Assembly (NCBI GenBank): GCA_035640335.1
Contig: DASQWH010000042.1
Location: 1 to 47,957 of the forward strand
Direction: 5' to 3'
Source of the DNA: Gaiellaceae bacterium
Lineage (GTDB): Bacteria > Actinomycetota > Thermoleophilia > Gaiellales > Gaiellaceae
Length of the DNA stretch: 47,957 nt
The position numbers and the translations under genes were made by a program. Positions within the stretch are counted from its first letter, which is position 1, and every line of letters begins with the position of its first letter. Shown here one piece after another: positions 28,201 through 35,515 of this stretch. Under the pieces are notes generated by a model. The model did not search any database, was not told the DNA's origin, and was given only the letters and a program-made list of their open reading frames with translations.

Positions 28201-31157
28201 CGTTCGCCCAGGGCGAGACGACGAAGACGGTGACGGTGCTCGTCAACGGCGACACGCTCGACGAGGCGAACGAGACGTTCCGCGTCAACCTGTCGAACGC
28301 GGTCAACGCGACGATCGGGGACGCATTCGGGGTCGGGACGATCACCGACAACGACGCGCCGGTCGCGGTCTCGGTTAACGACGCGTCGGTGCTCGAGGGG
28401 AACTCGGGCCAGGCGACCGCGACCTTCACCGTGTCGCTGTCCGGCGCGAGCGGCCAGCCCGTGAGCGTCGACTATGCAACGGCGGACAACACCGCGATCG
28501 CGCCCGGCGACTACGTCGCGACTAGCGGGCAGCTGAGCTTCGCGCCGGGCCAGACGACGCGGACGGTCGCGGTGCTCGTCAACGGGGACACGCTCGACGA
28601 GATCAACGAGACGTACTTCCTCAACCTCTCCAACCCCGGCAACGCAACGATTTCGGACGGGCAGGGCATTGGCACGATCACGAACGACGACGGCCAGCCC
28701 AGCCTCTCCGTCAACGACGTAACGGTGACCGAAGGCGACTCCGGCACGACGAGCGCCACGTTCACCGTCACGCTGGCCCCCGTGAGTGGGCAGAACGTGA
28801 GCGTCAACTACTCGACGGCGGACGGGACGGCGACCGCACCCGCCGACTACACCGCAACGAGTGGCACGCTCACGTTCGCCCCGGGCCAGGCAACTCGCAC
28901 GTTCACGGTGCTCGTCAACGGAGACACGCTCGACGAGGCGAACGAGACCTACACCGTCAGCCTGACGAGCCCCGTCAACGCCACGATCGCCGACGGCCTC
29001 GGCCTCGGCACGATCAACGACAACGACCCGCTCCCGCAGCTGTCGATCAACGACCAGACGGTCAACGAGGGCGATACCGGGACGGTGACCGCGACGTTCA
29101 CGGTCACCCTGAACGGGCCGAGCGGACGCGCGCTCTCCGTCGACTACACGACTGCAGACGGGACGGCAACCGCGGGCGCCGACTACCAGGCGGTGAGCGG
29201 CACGCTGACCTTCCCGGCCGGCGTCACGTCGCGCCAGGTGACGGTGGCGGTGAACGGCGACCTCCTCGACGAGGCGAACGAGACGTTCTTCATCAACCTG
29301 ACGAACCCGACGAACCTCACGATCCTGGACGGCCAGGGTCTCGGCACGATCACCGACAACGACCCGCAGCCGCAGCTGTCGATCAACGACGCGACGGTGA
29401 CGGAGACGGACAGCGGCACGGTGAACGCGACCTTCACCGTCGCGCTCTCTTCGGTGAGCGGACGGCAGGTGAGGATCGACTACGCAACGGTCAACGGTAC
29501 GGCGACGGCGCCCGCCGACTACCTCGCGACGAACGGGACGCTCACCTTCGCACCGGGCGAGACGAGCAAGCAGATCACCGTCACCGTCAACGGCGACACG
29601 CTAGACGAGGCGAACGAGACGTTCTTCGTCAATCTCTCGAGCCCGCAGAACGCGACGATCGGCGACGGCCAGGGGGTCGGCGCCATCACCGACAACGACC
29701 CAGTGCCCGCGCTCGTGGTGAACGACGCCAACGTCATCGAGGGCAACACGGGCACTGTCGTCGCCGTCTTCACCGTCAGCCTGAGCGCAGTCAGCGGCCG
29801 CTCGGTGACCGTGGACTACGCCACCGCGAACGACACGGCGACCGCAGGCGTCGACTACACCACCGCCGCCGGCACGCTGACGATCCCGGCCGGCCAGACG
29901 TCGGGCACCATCACCGTGCAGGTCAACGGCGACACCGCCGACGAGATTAACGAGACCTACTTCGTCAACCTGACGAACGCGGGGAACGCGACGATCTCGG
30001 ACTCGCAAGCGGTCGGCACGATCATCGACGACGACGGCGGCCCGCTGATCTCGATCAGCGATGTGACTGTGACCGAGGGAGAGAGCGCGAGCTTCGTCGT
30101 CAGCCTGTCGGCCTCGAGCGGGCAGACCGTCAGCGTCGGCTACGCGACGGCGAACGGCAACGCGACCGCAGGCGCCGACTACACCGCCGTCGGTGGGAGC
30201 CTCATCTTCGACCCCGGCCAGACCGCGAAGACGGTTTCCGTGTCGGTGCTCGGCGACACCCTCGACGAGGTCAACGAGACGTTCACGGTCAACCTCTCCA
30301 ATCCCGTCTATGGCGAGATCGCCGACGGCGAGGGTCTCGGCACGATCACCGACGACGACCCGCCGCCGGTGCTGTCGATCAACGACGTGACCGTGACGGA
30401 GCCCGACAGCGGAAGCGTCAGCGCGACGTTTACAGTCAGCCTGAACACCGCGAGCGGCAAGAGCGTCTCCGTCGACTTCGCGACGGCCGACGGCACGGCG
30501 CAGGCTCCCGAGGACTACGCCGGCGGGAGCGGAACACTCACCTTTGCCGCGGGGCAGACGGCGAGGCAGCTGACCGTCCTGGTCAACGGCGACCTGCTGT
30601 TCGAGGCGAACGAGACGTACTTCGTCAACCTCTCGAATCCGCTGAACGCGACGATCGGCGACAGCCAGGGCCTCGGCACGATCACGAACGACGACCCGCT
30701 GCCGCCTCCGCCGCCTCCTCCTCCACCACCACCACCGGCGCCTCCTCCGCCACCGCCGCCACCACCGCCGCCGCCGCCTCCGCCACCACCCCCTCCGCCA
30801 CCACCGCCGGCCCCGCTTCCGCCACCGCCGCCTCCGCCCGCGCAACGGCAGACGGCTGCACTCGCCTCACCGCGGAACGGCGCGAGCGTCGCCGTACCGC
30901 CACTCCTTTCCTGGCGGGCCGCCAGGGGCGCGCGCTTCTACAACGTCCAGGTCTACCGCGGCGGCCGCAAGATCCTCAGCGTCTGGCCGAAGCGGCCCCG
31001 ATTCAAGCTGAGGCGCACCTGGACCTACGCAGGGCGCACGTACCGGCTCCGGCGCGGCTCGTACACCTGGCTCGTCTGGCCGGCGCTAGGAACGGCAAGG
31101 AACCCTCGCTACGGGAAGGCGCTCGGCCAGAGCACGTTCCGCTACGTCGGTCGTTAG
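25131..31157 (+). CDS. Giant secreted Calx-beta repeat protein 2 (16 units) with a 48-residue poly-Pro stalk and a basic C-terminal module; coordinates are the maximal ORF, true start unresolved
   Basis: Signal-peptide-like ISLRFGVLALTICFLTPLASA/TVG begins at 25251 (ATC). 16 Calx-beta units run 25341-30695, poly-Pro 30696-30839, and the C-terminal module to 31154. The only canonical upstream start (GTG 25131) overlaps the previous gene by 115 nt and encodes Arg-rich junk. Confidence 0.88.
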   Translation: MVSRVDGARGAPPRVRPRRRHGAARHRNLLPHGRARGVNHISLRFGVLALTICFLTPLASATVGSAPSAESLSIDDVTVTEGNSGTTAATFTVTLSASSVDTVTADYATADGTAVAPADYAATSGPLTFLPGETTKTVTVDVAGDTIDEIDEGFTVDLANPVNATIVDGQGAGTIGDDDAAPALSVDDVTVAEGDVGTVNAVFTASLSAASGQTVTVDFASADGTASAPADYGAVAGGVSFAPGETTKTVTVAIVGDLLDEANETYTVNLANATNATIADGSGLGTITDDDGTPSLSIDDVTVAEGNAGTVNANFTVSLSAASGLPVTVDFATADGTATAPADYAAASGTLTFLPGQTTRPVTVQVAGDLLDEVNETFLVNLSNGVGATIADGQGIGTITNDDGLPALSVGDMTVVEGSSGTTTASFAVTLAPASGREVTVHYATADGTATAPADYTAAAGTLTFAPGQTSKPVSVTVNGDALDEVDETFTLGLSAPTNATIADDLGLGTITDDDAPPTVSIGDATVTEGDSGTVAATFTVSLDAPSGRALSVDYATANGTATAPADYVATSGTLAFAAGQTSRQVTVLVNGDVLDEENETYSVNLSNPSNVTIGDGQGLGTITDDDPLPAIAIGDATVPEGNSGTVNATFALSLDAPSGRPVTVTYATQDGTAIAPGDYVAGTGTVTFAPGQTSRNVTVVVNGDTVDEANETYSVDLTNPGNGTIADGEGIGTIIDDDGSPSLSVNDVVVTEGNSGTVNANFTVSLSGSSGQTVSVGYATADGTATAGEDYNAVGGSLVFAPGQTTKTIAVAVRGDTLDEIDETYTLNLSNAVNAAIADGQGLGTITDDDQQPSLSVDDVTVNEGNAGTANATFTVSLNIASGRAVSVEYATANGTATAPADYTATGGTLTFAAGQTTRTFTVLVNGDLLDEANETFFVNLGNPTNATIADGQGVGTITDDDAAPALAIDDVTVAEGNVGTVNATFTVSLSATSGRNVSVDFATADVTATAPADYLAATGTVAFAQGETTKTVTVLVNGDTLDEANETFRVNLSNAVNATIGDAFGVGTITDNDAPVAVSVNDASVLEGNSGQATATFTVSLSGASGQPVSVDYATADNTAIAPGDYVATSGQLSFAPGQTTRTVAVLVNGDTLDEINETYFLNLSNPGNATISDGQGIGTITNDDGQPSLSVNDVTVTEGDSGTTSATFTVTLAPVSGQNVSVNYSTADGTATAPADYTATSGTLTFAPGQATRTFTVLVNGDTLDEANETYTVSLTSPVNATIADGLGLGTINDNDPLPQLSINDQTVNEGDTGTVTATFTVTLNGPSGRALSVDYTTADGTATAGADYQAVSGTLTFPAGVTSRQVTVAVNGDLLDEANETFFINLTNPTNLTILDGQGLGTITDNDPQPQLSINDATVTETDSGTVNATFTVALSSVSGRQVRIDYATVNGTATAPADYLATNGTLTFAPGETSKQITVTVNGDTLDEANETFFVNLSSPQNATIGDGQGVGAITDNDPVPALVVNDANVIEGNTGTVVAVFTVSLSAVSGRSVTVDYATANDTATAGVDYTTAAGTLTIPAGQTSGTITVQVNGDTADEINETYFVNLTNAGNATISDSQAVGTIIDDDGGPLISISDVTVTEGESASFVVSLSASSGQTVSVGYATANGNATAGADYTAVGGSLIFDPGQTAKTVSVSVLGDTLDEVNETFTVNLSNPVYGEIADGEGLGTITDDDPPPVLSINDVTVTEPDSGSVSATFTVSLNTASGKSVSVDFATADGTAQAPEDYAGGSGTLTFAAGQTARQLTVLVNGDLLFEANETYFVNLSNPLNATIGDSQGLGTITNDDPLPPPPPPPPPPPPAPPPPPPPPPPPPPPPPPPPPPPPAPLPPPPPPPAQRQTAALASPRNGASVAVPPLLSWRAARGARFYNVQVYRGGRKILSVWPKRPRFKLRRTWTYAGRTYRLRRGSYTWLVWPALGTARNPRYGKALGQSTFRYVGR
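25341..30695 (+). repeat. Coding tandem array: 16 diverged Calx-beta units, mostly exactly 336 nt
   Basis: Antisense shadow ORFs start at 26495, 26831, 27167, 27503, 27839, 28175, 28511, 29183 and 29519, each offset a multiple of 336. Unit 15 lacks 3 codons. Confidence 0.9.
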
Positions 31158-31159
31158 AG

Positions 31160-31182
31160 GTCCCGGGCCACGGGCCCGGGAC
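31160..31182 (+). terminator. Perfect 10-bp GC hairpin 3 nt after the giant gene 2 stop
   Basis: gtcccgggcc (31160-31169) / acg / ggcccgggac (31173-31182). Confidence 0.6.
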
Positions 31183-31211
31183 TCGCCGAAAATGCTCCAC
31201 ACTTTCGGCGA
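31183..31211. terminator. Second hairpin (9-bp stem, 11-nt loop) in the convergent intergenic region
   Basis: tcgccgaaa (31183-31191) ... tttcggcga (31203-31211). It lies between the convergent stops at 31157 (+) and 31319 (-). Confidence 0.4.
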
Positions 31212-31318
31212 CTAAAAGCACGGCTACTGGAATGCCGACGCCGCTGACCAGCGTGTAGTTGGGCCTATCCGCCCTAAGCGGCACTGGAGGCACGAGGGAG
31301 GCGTGCTAAGGCCTGCTG

Positions 31319-32098
31319 CTACGCGGCGCCGGCGCGCTCGGCGCTCTTCAGGCCGCGGGCGGCCCAGAGCCCGAACACGAACGCGAGCAGCACCGCGAGG
31401 CCAAATGCGAGCGCGACGTGCTGCGGGTCACCCTCGATCAGGCTGCGTCCGGCCTCGAGGAGAGCCGTCACCGGGTTCACCGACGCGACCGCGTGCAGCC
31501 AGCCCTGGAGCAGGTCGAGCGGCACGTAGACCGGCGCGAAGAACAGCACCAGGAAGACCGGCAGCTGCATGATCGGCCCCGACTGGATCGTGCGGAAACG
31601 CATCGACACGCCGGTCGCCCACATCGTCGTCGTCAGATTCACGATCAGCGCGAGCCCGTAGAGGCCGAAGAGGTCGACGCCGCTGCCGCCGACGTCCATC
31701 TGGGCGATCAGCGCCACTACCGTCAGCAGCGTCGCCGTCACCGCCCAGCGGCCGAGCGCCGCGAGCGCGTAGCCCGCGATCAGCCCGCCGCGCCGCGGCG
31801 CCGCGATCAGGAGGCGCCGCGCGAACCCGTACTCGAAGTCGCGCGCCACCCCGAACCCCGTGAACACGCCGCCGAACGCCGCGGATTGCAGCAGCACGAA
31901 CACGAACTGGAACGCGGTGTACCCGGGTGGGAAGTCGAAGCCGGGGATGTTGTCCACGCGCGAGAGCCCGCCCGCGAACGCCGTGAAGAAGAAGAGCGGG
32001 AAGATCAGTCCCGGCAGGAAGAGCGACGGCGTCGTGAAGACGTTGTGCAGCACCCGCCACGCGACGGCGAACGCCACCGACCAGAACGCGCGGCTCAC
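31319..32098 (-). CDS. ABC-2 type transporter permease
   Basis: Six predicted TM segments typical of the ABC-2/DrrB family. GTG at 32098 overlaps the upstream stop (GTGA). Confidence 0.8.
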   Translation of the reverse strand: MSRAFWSVAFAVAWRVLHNVFTTPSLFLPGLIFPLFFFTAFAGGLSRVDNIPGFDFPPGYTAFQFVFVLLQSAAFGGVFTGFGVARDFEYGFARRLLIAAPRRGGLIAGYALAALGRWAVTATLLTVVALIAQMDVGGSGVDLFGLYGLALIVNLTTTMWATGVSMRFRTIQSGPIMQLPVFLVLFFAPVYVPLDLLQGWLHAVASVNPVTALLEAGRSLIEGDPQHVALAFGLAVLLAFVFGLWAARGLKSAERAGAA

Positions 32099-32868
32099 GT
32101 GCGCGTCAGCCTCAGACGCATCGCCCACGTCGCGGCCGCGAGCGAGCAAACGAGGATCAGCACGGCGAACCCGAACGCGAGCACGAGTGCCTGCCCGTCC
32201 CAGCCGACGATGATCAGGCTGCGTACGCCTTCGATCAGGTACGAGATCGGGTTCAGGGTGGCGACGTGCCGGAACCAGTCGGTCTCGATCAGGTTCCTCG
32301 GCAGGTTCATCGAGGACAGGAAGAGCCCGACGAAGAGCAACGGGAAGAGGCCCTGCACGGCCTCGCCGGAGCCCGTGCGCAGAGCGAAGAACGCCCCGAC
32401 TGCCCCGAACGAGAGGGCGATCAGCGCTGCCAGCCCGAGCAGCACGAACGCGCCCGCGACGCCCGACTCGAGGCGCACGCCGGCCGCCAGCCCGACGGCC
32501 AGGTAGACGACCGCCTGCACGACGCCCATCAACGCGATGCCGCCGAGCTGTCCGGCGATCAAGGCCGCGCCACGCATCGGCGTCAGGGCGAGCCGGTTGA
32601 GGAAGCCGCTCTGGATGTCGCGCGCGAGGTCGGTGCCCGCGTTCATCGTCGCGAACAAAGCGCCCTGGATGAACGGGAACGCTAGGAAGAAGGCGAGAAA
32701 CGAGTCACTCGGAAAGCCCGGGATCTCCGTCGCCGGGTCGAGCCCCGCCGAGGTGACGGCGAGCAGCGCCATCGGAAAGATGAGCGGCGGGATCGCGTTC
32801 GCGGGCTGCCGGATCGTGCGGACGACCGACCTCCGCGCGATGTGCCCGACCTGGGCGGCGAGCGTCAC
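32095..32868 (-). CDS. ABC-2 type transporter permease
   Basis: Polytopic membrane protein, paralogous in layout to the downstream permease. The GTG start overlaps the ATPase stop (GTGA). Confidence 0.8.
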   Translation of the reverse strand: MTLAAQVGHIARRSVVRTIRQPANAIPPLIFPMALLAVTSAGLDPATEIPGFPSDSFLAFFLAFPFIQGALFATMNAGTDLARDIQSGFLNRLALTPMRGAALIAGQLGGIALMGVVQAVVYLAVGLAAGVRLESGVAGAFVLLGLAALIALSFGAVGAFFALRTGSGEAVQGLFPLLFVGLFLSSMNLPRNLIETDWFRHVATLNPISYLIEGVRSLIIVGWDGQALVLAFGFAVLILVCSLAAATWAMRLRLTRT

Positions 32869-33887
32869 GTCCGGGCCGGCTCCTCTTCTTCCTCGGCCTT
32901 GTCGTGCTCCTCGCCCGCGCCCTCGAGCGAGCGGCCGGTCTTGGCGAGGAAGACGTCGTCGAGGCTCGGCGCGTGCAGCTGCAGCTGCTCGACCTTGATC
33001 CCCTCGGCGTCGAGCGCGCGCACGATGCCCGCGAGGTCGCCGACCCCGTGCTCGAGCCGGACGGCGACGGACTTCGGCGATCCCGCCGTCGGCTCGCCGA
33101 AGCGCTCGAGGATCTCCGCGATGGCCTCAGGCGAATGACCGTCGCCCGGGATCGCCTCGACCGTCGCGCGGCCGATCTGCGCCTTCAGCTCGACGGGCGT
33201 GCCCTCGGCGACGATCTTGCCGTGGTCGATGATCCCGACGCGGTCGGCGAGGACGTCGGCCTCCTCGAGGTACTGCGTCGTCAGGAAGACCGTGACGCCC
33301 TCGTCGCGGGCGAGCCGTCCGACCTCGGCCCAGAGCGCGGTGCGGCTCTGCGGGTCGAGGCCAGTCGTCGGCTCGTCGAGGAAGAGGATCGTCGGGTGGT
33401 GTGCGAGGGCGAGTGCGAGGTCGAGGCGCCGCTTCATGCCGCCGGAGTATCCGCCGACCTTGCGGTCGGCCGCCTGCGTGAGGCCGACCCGCTCGAGCAG
33501 CTCCTGAGCGCGCGCGTCGCGCTCGCGGCGCGGGATTCCGTGCAGCGCGCACTGGAGGCGGATGTGCTCGCGGCCCGTGAGGAGGAGGTCGAGCGCCGCC
33601 TCCTGCAACGCCGCTCCGATCGCGCGGCGCACCTTCGGGCCTTCCCGCACGACGTCGTAGCCCGCCACCCGGGCAGTTCCTGCAGTGGGCGGCAACAGCG
33701 TGGTCAGCATGTGGACCGTCGTCGACTTGCCGGCACCGTTCGGCCCGAGGAAGCCGTAGATCTCGCCGGGCGCGACCTCCAGTTCGATCCCGTCGACGGC
33801 GCGAATGTCGCCCTTGAAGACGCGGACGAGGCCCTCGGCCTCGATGCCGTGCCGCTCCCCTGCCATGACGTTCGACTCTATCGGCAC
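32865..33887 (-). CDS. ABC transporter ATP-binding protein (DrrA/daunorubicin-resistance type)
   Basis: Walker A GPNGAGKST, signature YSGGMKRRLDLA, Walker B ILFLDEPTTGLD, plus the C-terminal DrrA-type extension. An alternative ATG start lies at 33866. Confidence 0.88.
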   Translation of the reverse strand: MPIESNVMAGERHGIEAEGLVRVFKGDIRAVDGIELEVAPGEIYGFLGPNGAGKSTTVHMLTTLLPPTAGTARVAGYDVVREGPKVRRAIGAALQEAALDLLLTGREHIRLQCALHGIPRRERDARAQELLERVGLTQAADRKVGGYSGGMKRRLDLALALAHHPTILFLDEPTTGLDPQSRTALWAEVGRLARDEGVTVFLTTQYLEEADVLADRVGIIDHGKIVAEGTPVELKAQIGRATVEAIPGDGHSPEAIAEILERFGEPTAGSPKSVAVRLEHGVGDLAGIVRALDAEGIKVEQLQLHAPSLDDVFLAKTGRSLEGAGEEHDKAEEEEEPART

Positions 33888-33894
33888 GCGACTT

Positions 33895-34488
33895 TCAGGC
33901 GGCGGCGGTCACCGGGGCGGGCCGGGGCGCACTCGAAGCGCGCGCGGCTTCGGCGAGCGCCTCTAGCAGCTCGGCGACCGCGGCCCGCGCCCGTCCGTCG
34001 ACGAGCCTGCCGCCCTCCGCGTCGAAGACGTCCCGCGCGAGCGGGATCGCGACGTCGTGTCCCTCGACGACTTCGGCGCCCGGAAAGAGCAGCGCTTCTC
34101 GGACCTGCTCCTGGGCGCGGCGCGTCCCGCCACGGCCGGTCGTCGCTCCCATGATCGCGACGGGCTTCCAGCGCAGGACGGACGCGAGCGCCGGCCGCGA
34201 GAGCCAGTCGATCGCGTTCTTGAGCACACCCGACGTGCCGCGGTTGTACTCGGGCGTCGCCAGCAGGAGCGCGTCGGCCTCACGCACCGCGGCCCGCAGC
34301 TCCTCGACGGCCGGCGGCGCGCCGCTCGCCTCGACGTCGCCGTCGTAGAGCGGGATGGGGGCGAGGTCGGCCTCGACGAGCTCGACGCCCGGCGGGGCGA
34401 GCTCGGCCGCAGCCCGCAGGAGCGCGCGGTTGAACGAGCGCTCCCGCAGGCTGCCCGATACGGCCAGGATCCGGATCGGGTCGCTCAC
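33895..34488 (-). CDS. NADPH-dependent FMN reductase family protein
   Basis: ILAVSGSLRERSFNRALLRAA...ADALLLATPEYNRGTSGVLKNAIDWLSRP. GTG at 34488 overlaps the yceI stop (GTGA). Confidence 0.82.
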   Translation of the reverse strand: MSDPIRILAVSGSLRERSFNRALLRAAAELAPPGVELVEADLAPIPLYDGDVEASGAPPAVEELRAAVREADALLLATPEYNRGTSGVLKNAIDWLSRPALASVLRWKPVAIMGATTGRGGTRRAQEQVREALLFPGAEVVEGHDVAIPLARDVFDAEGGRLVDGRARAAVAELLEALAEAARASSAPRPAPVTAAA

Positions 34489-34991
34489 TGGCGTGCGGCC
34501 GAGATCTCCGCGGTCAGCTCGACCCGTGTCGGGCCCCACTCGATCGCGCCGTCGAAGCGGATCGCGATCTTCTCGTTGCCCCACGCGTCGGTGCCCGTGC
34601 CGCGCAGGCGCGCCTCGAGCTCGACGGGGATCGGCGTCTCCTTGACGGTCAGCTCCCCCCGGACGCGGAAGCGCTCGCCCTCGACGTGCTCGACCGCGGT
34701 CGACGTGAAGCGGATCTCGGGGAAGCGCTCGACGTCGAGCATGTCCGCGGAGCGGATGTCCGCGTCCCGCTGGTCGTTGTCGGTGGCGAGGCTCGGCGTG
34801 CGGACGACGCCGGAGAGTTCCGGCAGCTCGCCGCCGGTGAGCGTGCCCTCGAACTCGGTGAAGCGCCCGTTGATCGCGGCGACGTGGTTCTCGAGGCTGA
34901 TGACTGCGAACGCGATCTGCGAGTGGACCGGGTCGACGGCCCACATGCCAGCCGGGACGAGGAGCTGCTGTTCGGTCTGGACTGAGGACAT
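34485..34991 (-). CDS. YceI-like polyisoprenoid-binding protein
   Basis: WAVDPVHSQIAFAV...FEGTL...SLATDNDQRDADIRSADMLDVERFPEIRFTS...GELTVKETPIPVELE. Confidence 0.85.
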   Translation of the reverse strand: MSSVQTEQQLLVPAGMWAVDPVHSQIAFAVISLENHVAAINGRFTEFEGTLTGGELPELSGVVRTPSLATDNDQRDADIRSADMLDVERFPEIRFTSTAVEHVEGERFRVRGELTVKETPIPVELEARLRGTGTDAWGNEKIAIRFDGAIEWGPTRVELTAEISAARQ

Positions 34992-35017
34992 GGACGATCT
35001 CCTTCGATCGGTTATAC

Positions 35018-35058
35018 TTGAGCAGTCAACAATCTATCAAAGATATTTGAGTAGTCAA
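35018..35058. promoter_or_regulatory. Duplicated operator-like motif TTGAGyAGTCAA in the yceI/marR divergent region
   Basis: TTGAGCAGTCAA at 35018-35029 and TTGAGTAGTCAA at 35047-35058. Each has a TTGA-n4-TCAA dyad. They sit in an unusually AT-rich 55-nt spacer, and copy 2 covers the proposed marR TTG start. Confidence 0.55.
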
Positions 35059-35514
35059 GTAACCACTGAGCGGGGCATCGAGCGCGAGGCGTGGATCAAC
35101 TTCCTGCGCGCGCACGCCGCCGTCACGCGGCAGTTCAACACCGAGCTGCTCGAGACCCACGGGCTGACGCTGAACGACTTCGACGTCCTCGCGCAGCTGG
35201 GCCGCGGGCCGGAGCACGGCCTGAAGCGCTCCGAGCTTGCCGAGCGCGTCCTGCTCACGCCGTCCGGGATCACGCGGCTGCTCGACGGGCTCGAGCGCGC
35301 CGGTTACGTGCGCAAGGGCGAGTGTGAGTCCGACGCGCGAGTCACGTACGCCGTGCTCACCGACGAGGGGCGCGGGAAACTGCGCGAGGCGGCGAAGACG
35401 CACCTCGCGAGTGTCGAGGCGCTGCTCTCGGAGCGCTTCACGAAGGGCGAGCTCGAGCAGCTGGCCGAGCTGCTCGGGCGGCTGCCGATGCGGGCGGACG
35501 CCGACTGCACCTAG
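35047..35514 (+). CDS. MarR family transcriptional regulator
   Basis: LTLNDFDVLAQLGRGPEHGLKRSELAERVLLTPSGITRLLDGLERAGYVRKGECESDARVTYAVLTDEGR is a winged HTH. TTG 35047 gives 155 aa. The upstream part of the ORF is antisense to yceI and the reductase. Confidence 0.82.
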   Translation: MSSQVTTERGIEREAWINFLRAHAAVTRQFNTELLETHGLTLNDFDVLAQLGRGPEHGLKRSELAERVLLTPSGITRLLDGLERAGYVRKGECESDARVTYAVLTDEGRGKLREAAKTHLASVEALLSERFTKGELEQLAELLGRLPMRADADCT

Positions 35515-35515
35515 C

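Noticed and set aside
19740-30695. Regularly spaced repeats considered as a possible CRISPR-like or non-coding satellite array
   Set aside because: Units are 333-336 nt and contiguous, with no spacers. They are diverged and maintain one long open frame with a protein-domain consensus, so these are coding repeats.
19536-30845. Large minus-strand ORFs (19536-20840, 22185-23234, 25119-26456, 29601-30845) and the periodic 84-107-aa minus ORFs every 336 nt
   Set aside because: All are antisense to the Calx-beta arrays. Their periodicity simply mirrors the coding repeat, and their translations are Arg/Asp/Gly- or Ser/Thr/Val-rich with no start context.
34990-35046. ATG 34990 as the marR start
   Set aside because: It would make the whole AT-rich operator-containing spacer coding and overlap the yceI start codon. 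TTG 35047 gives a normal 155-aa MarR.
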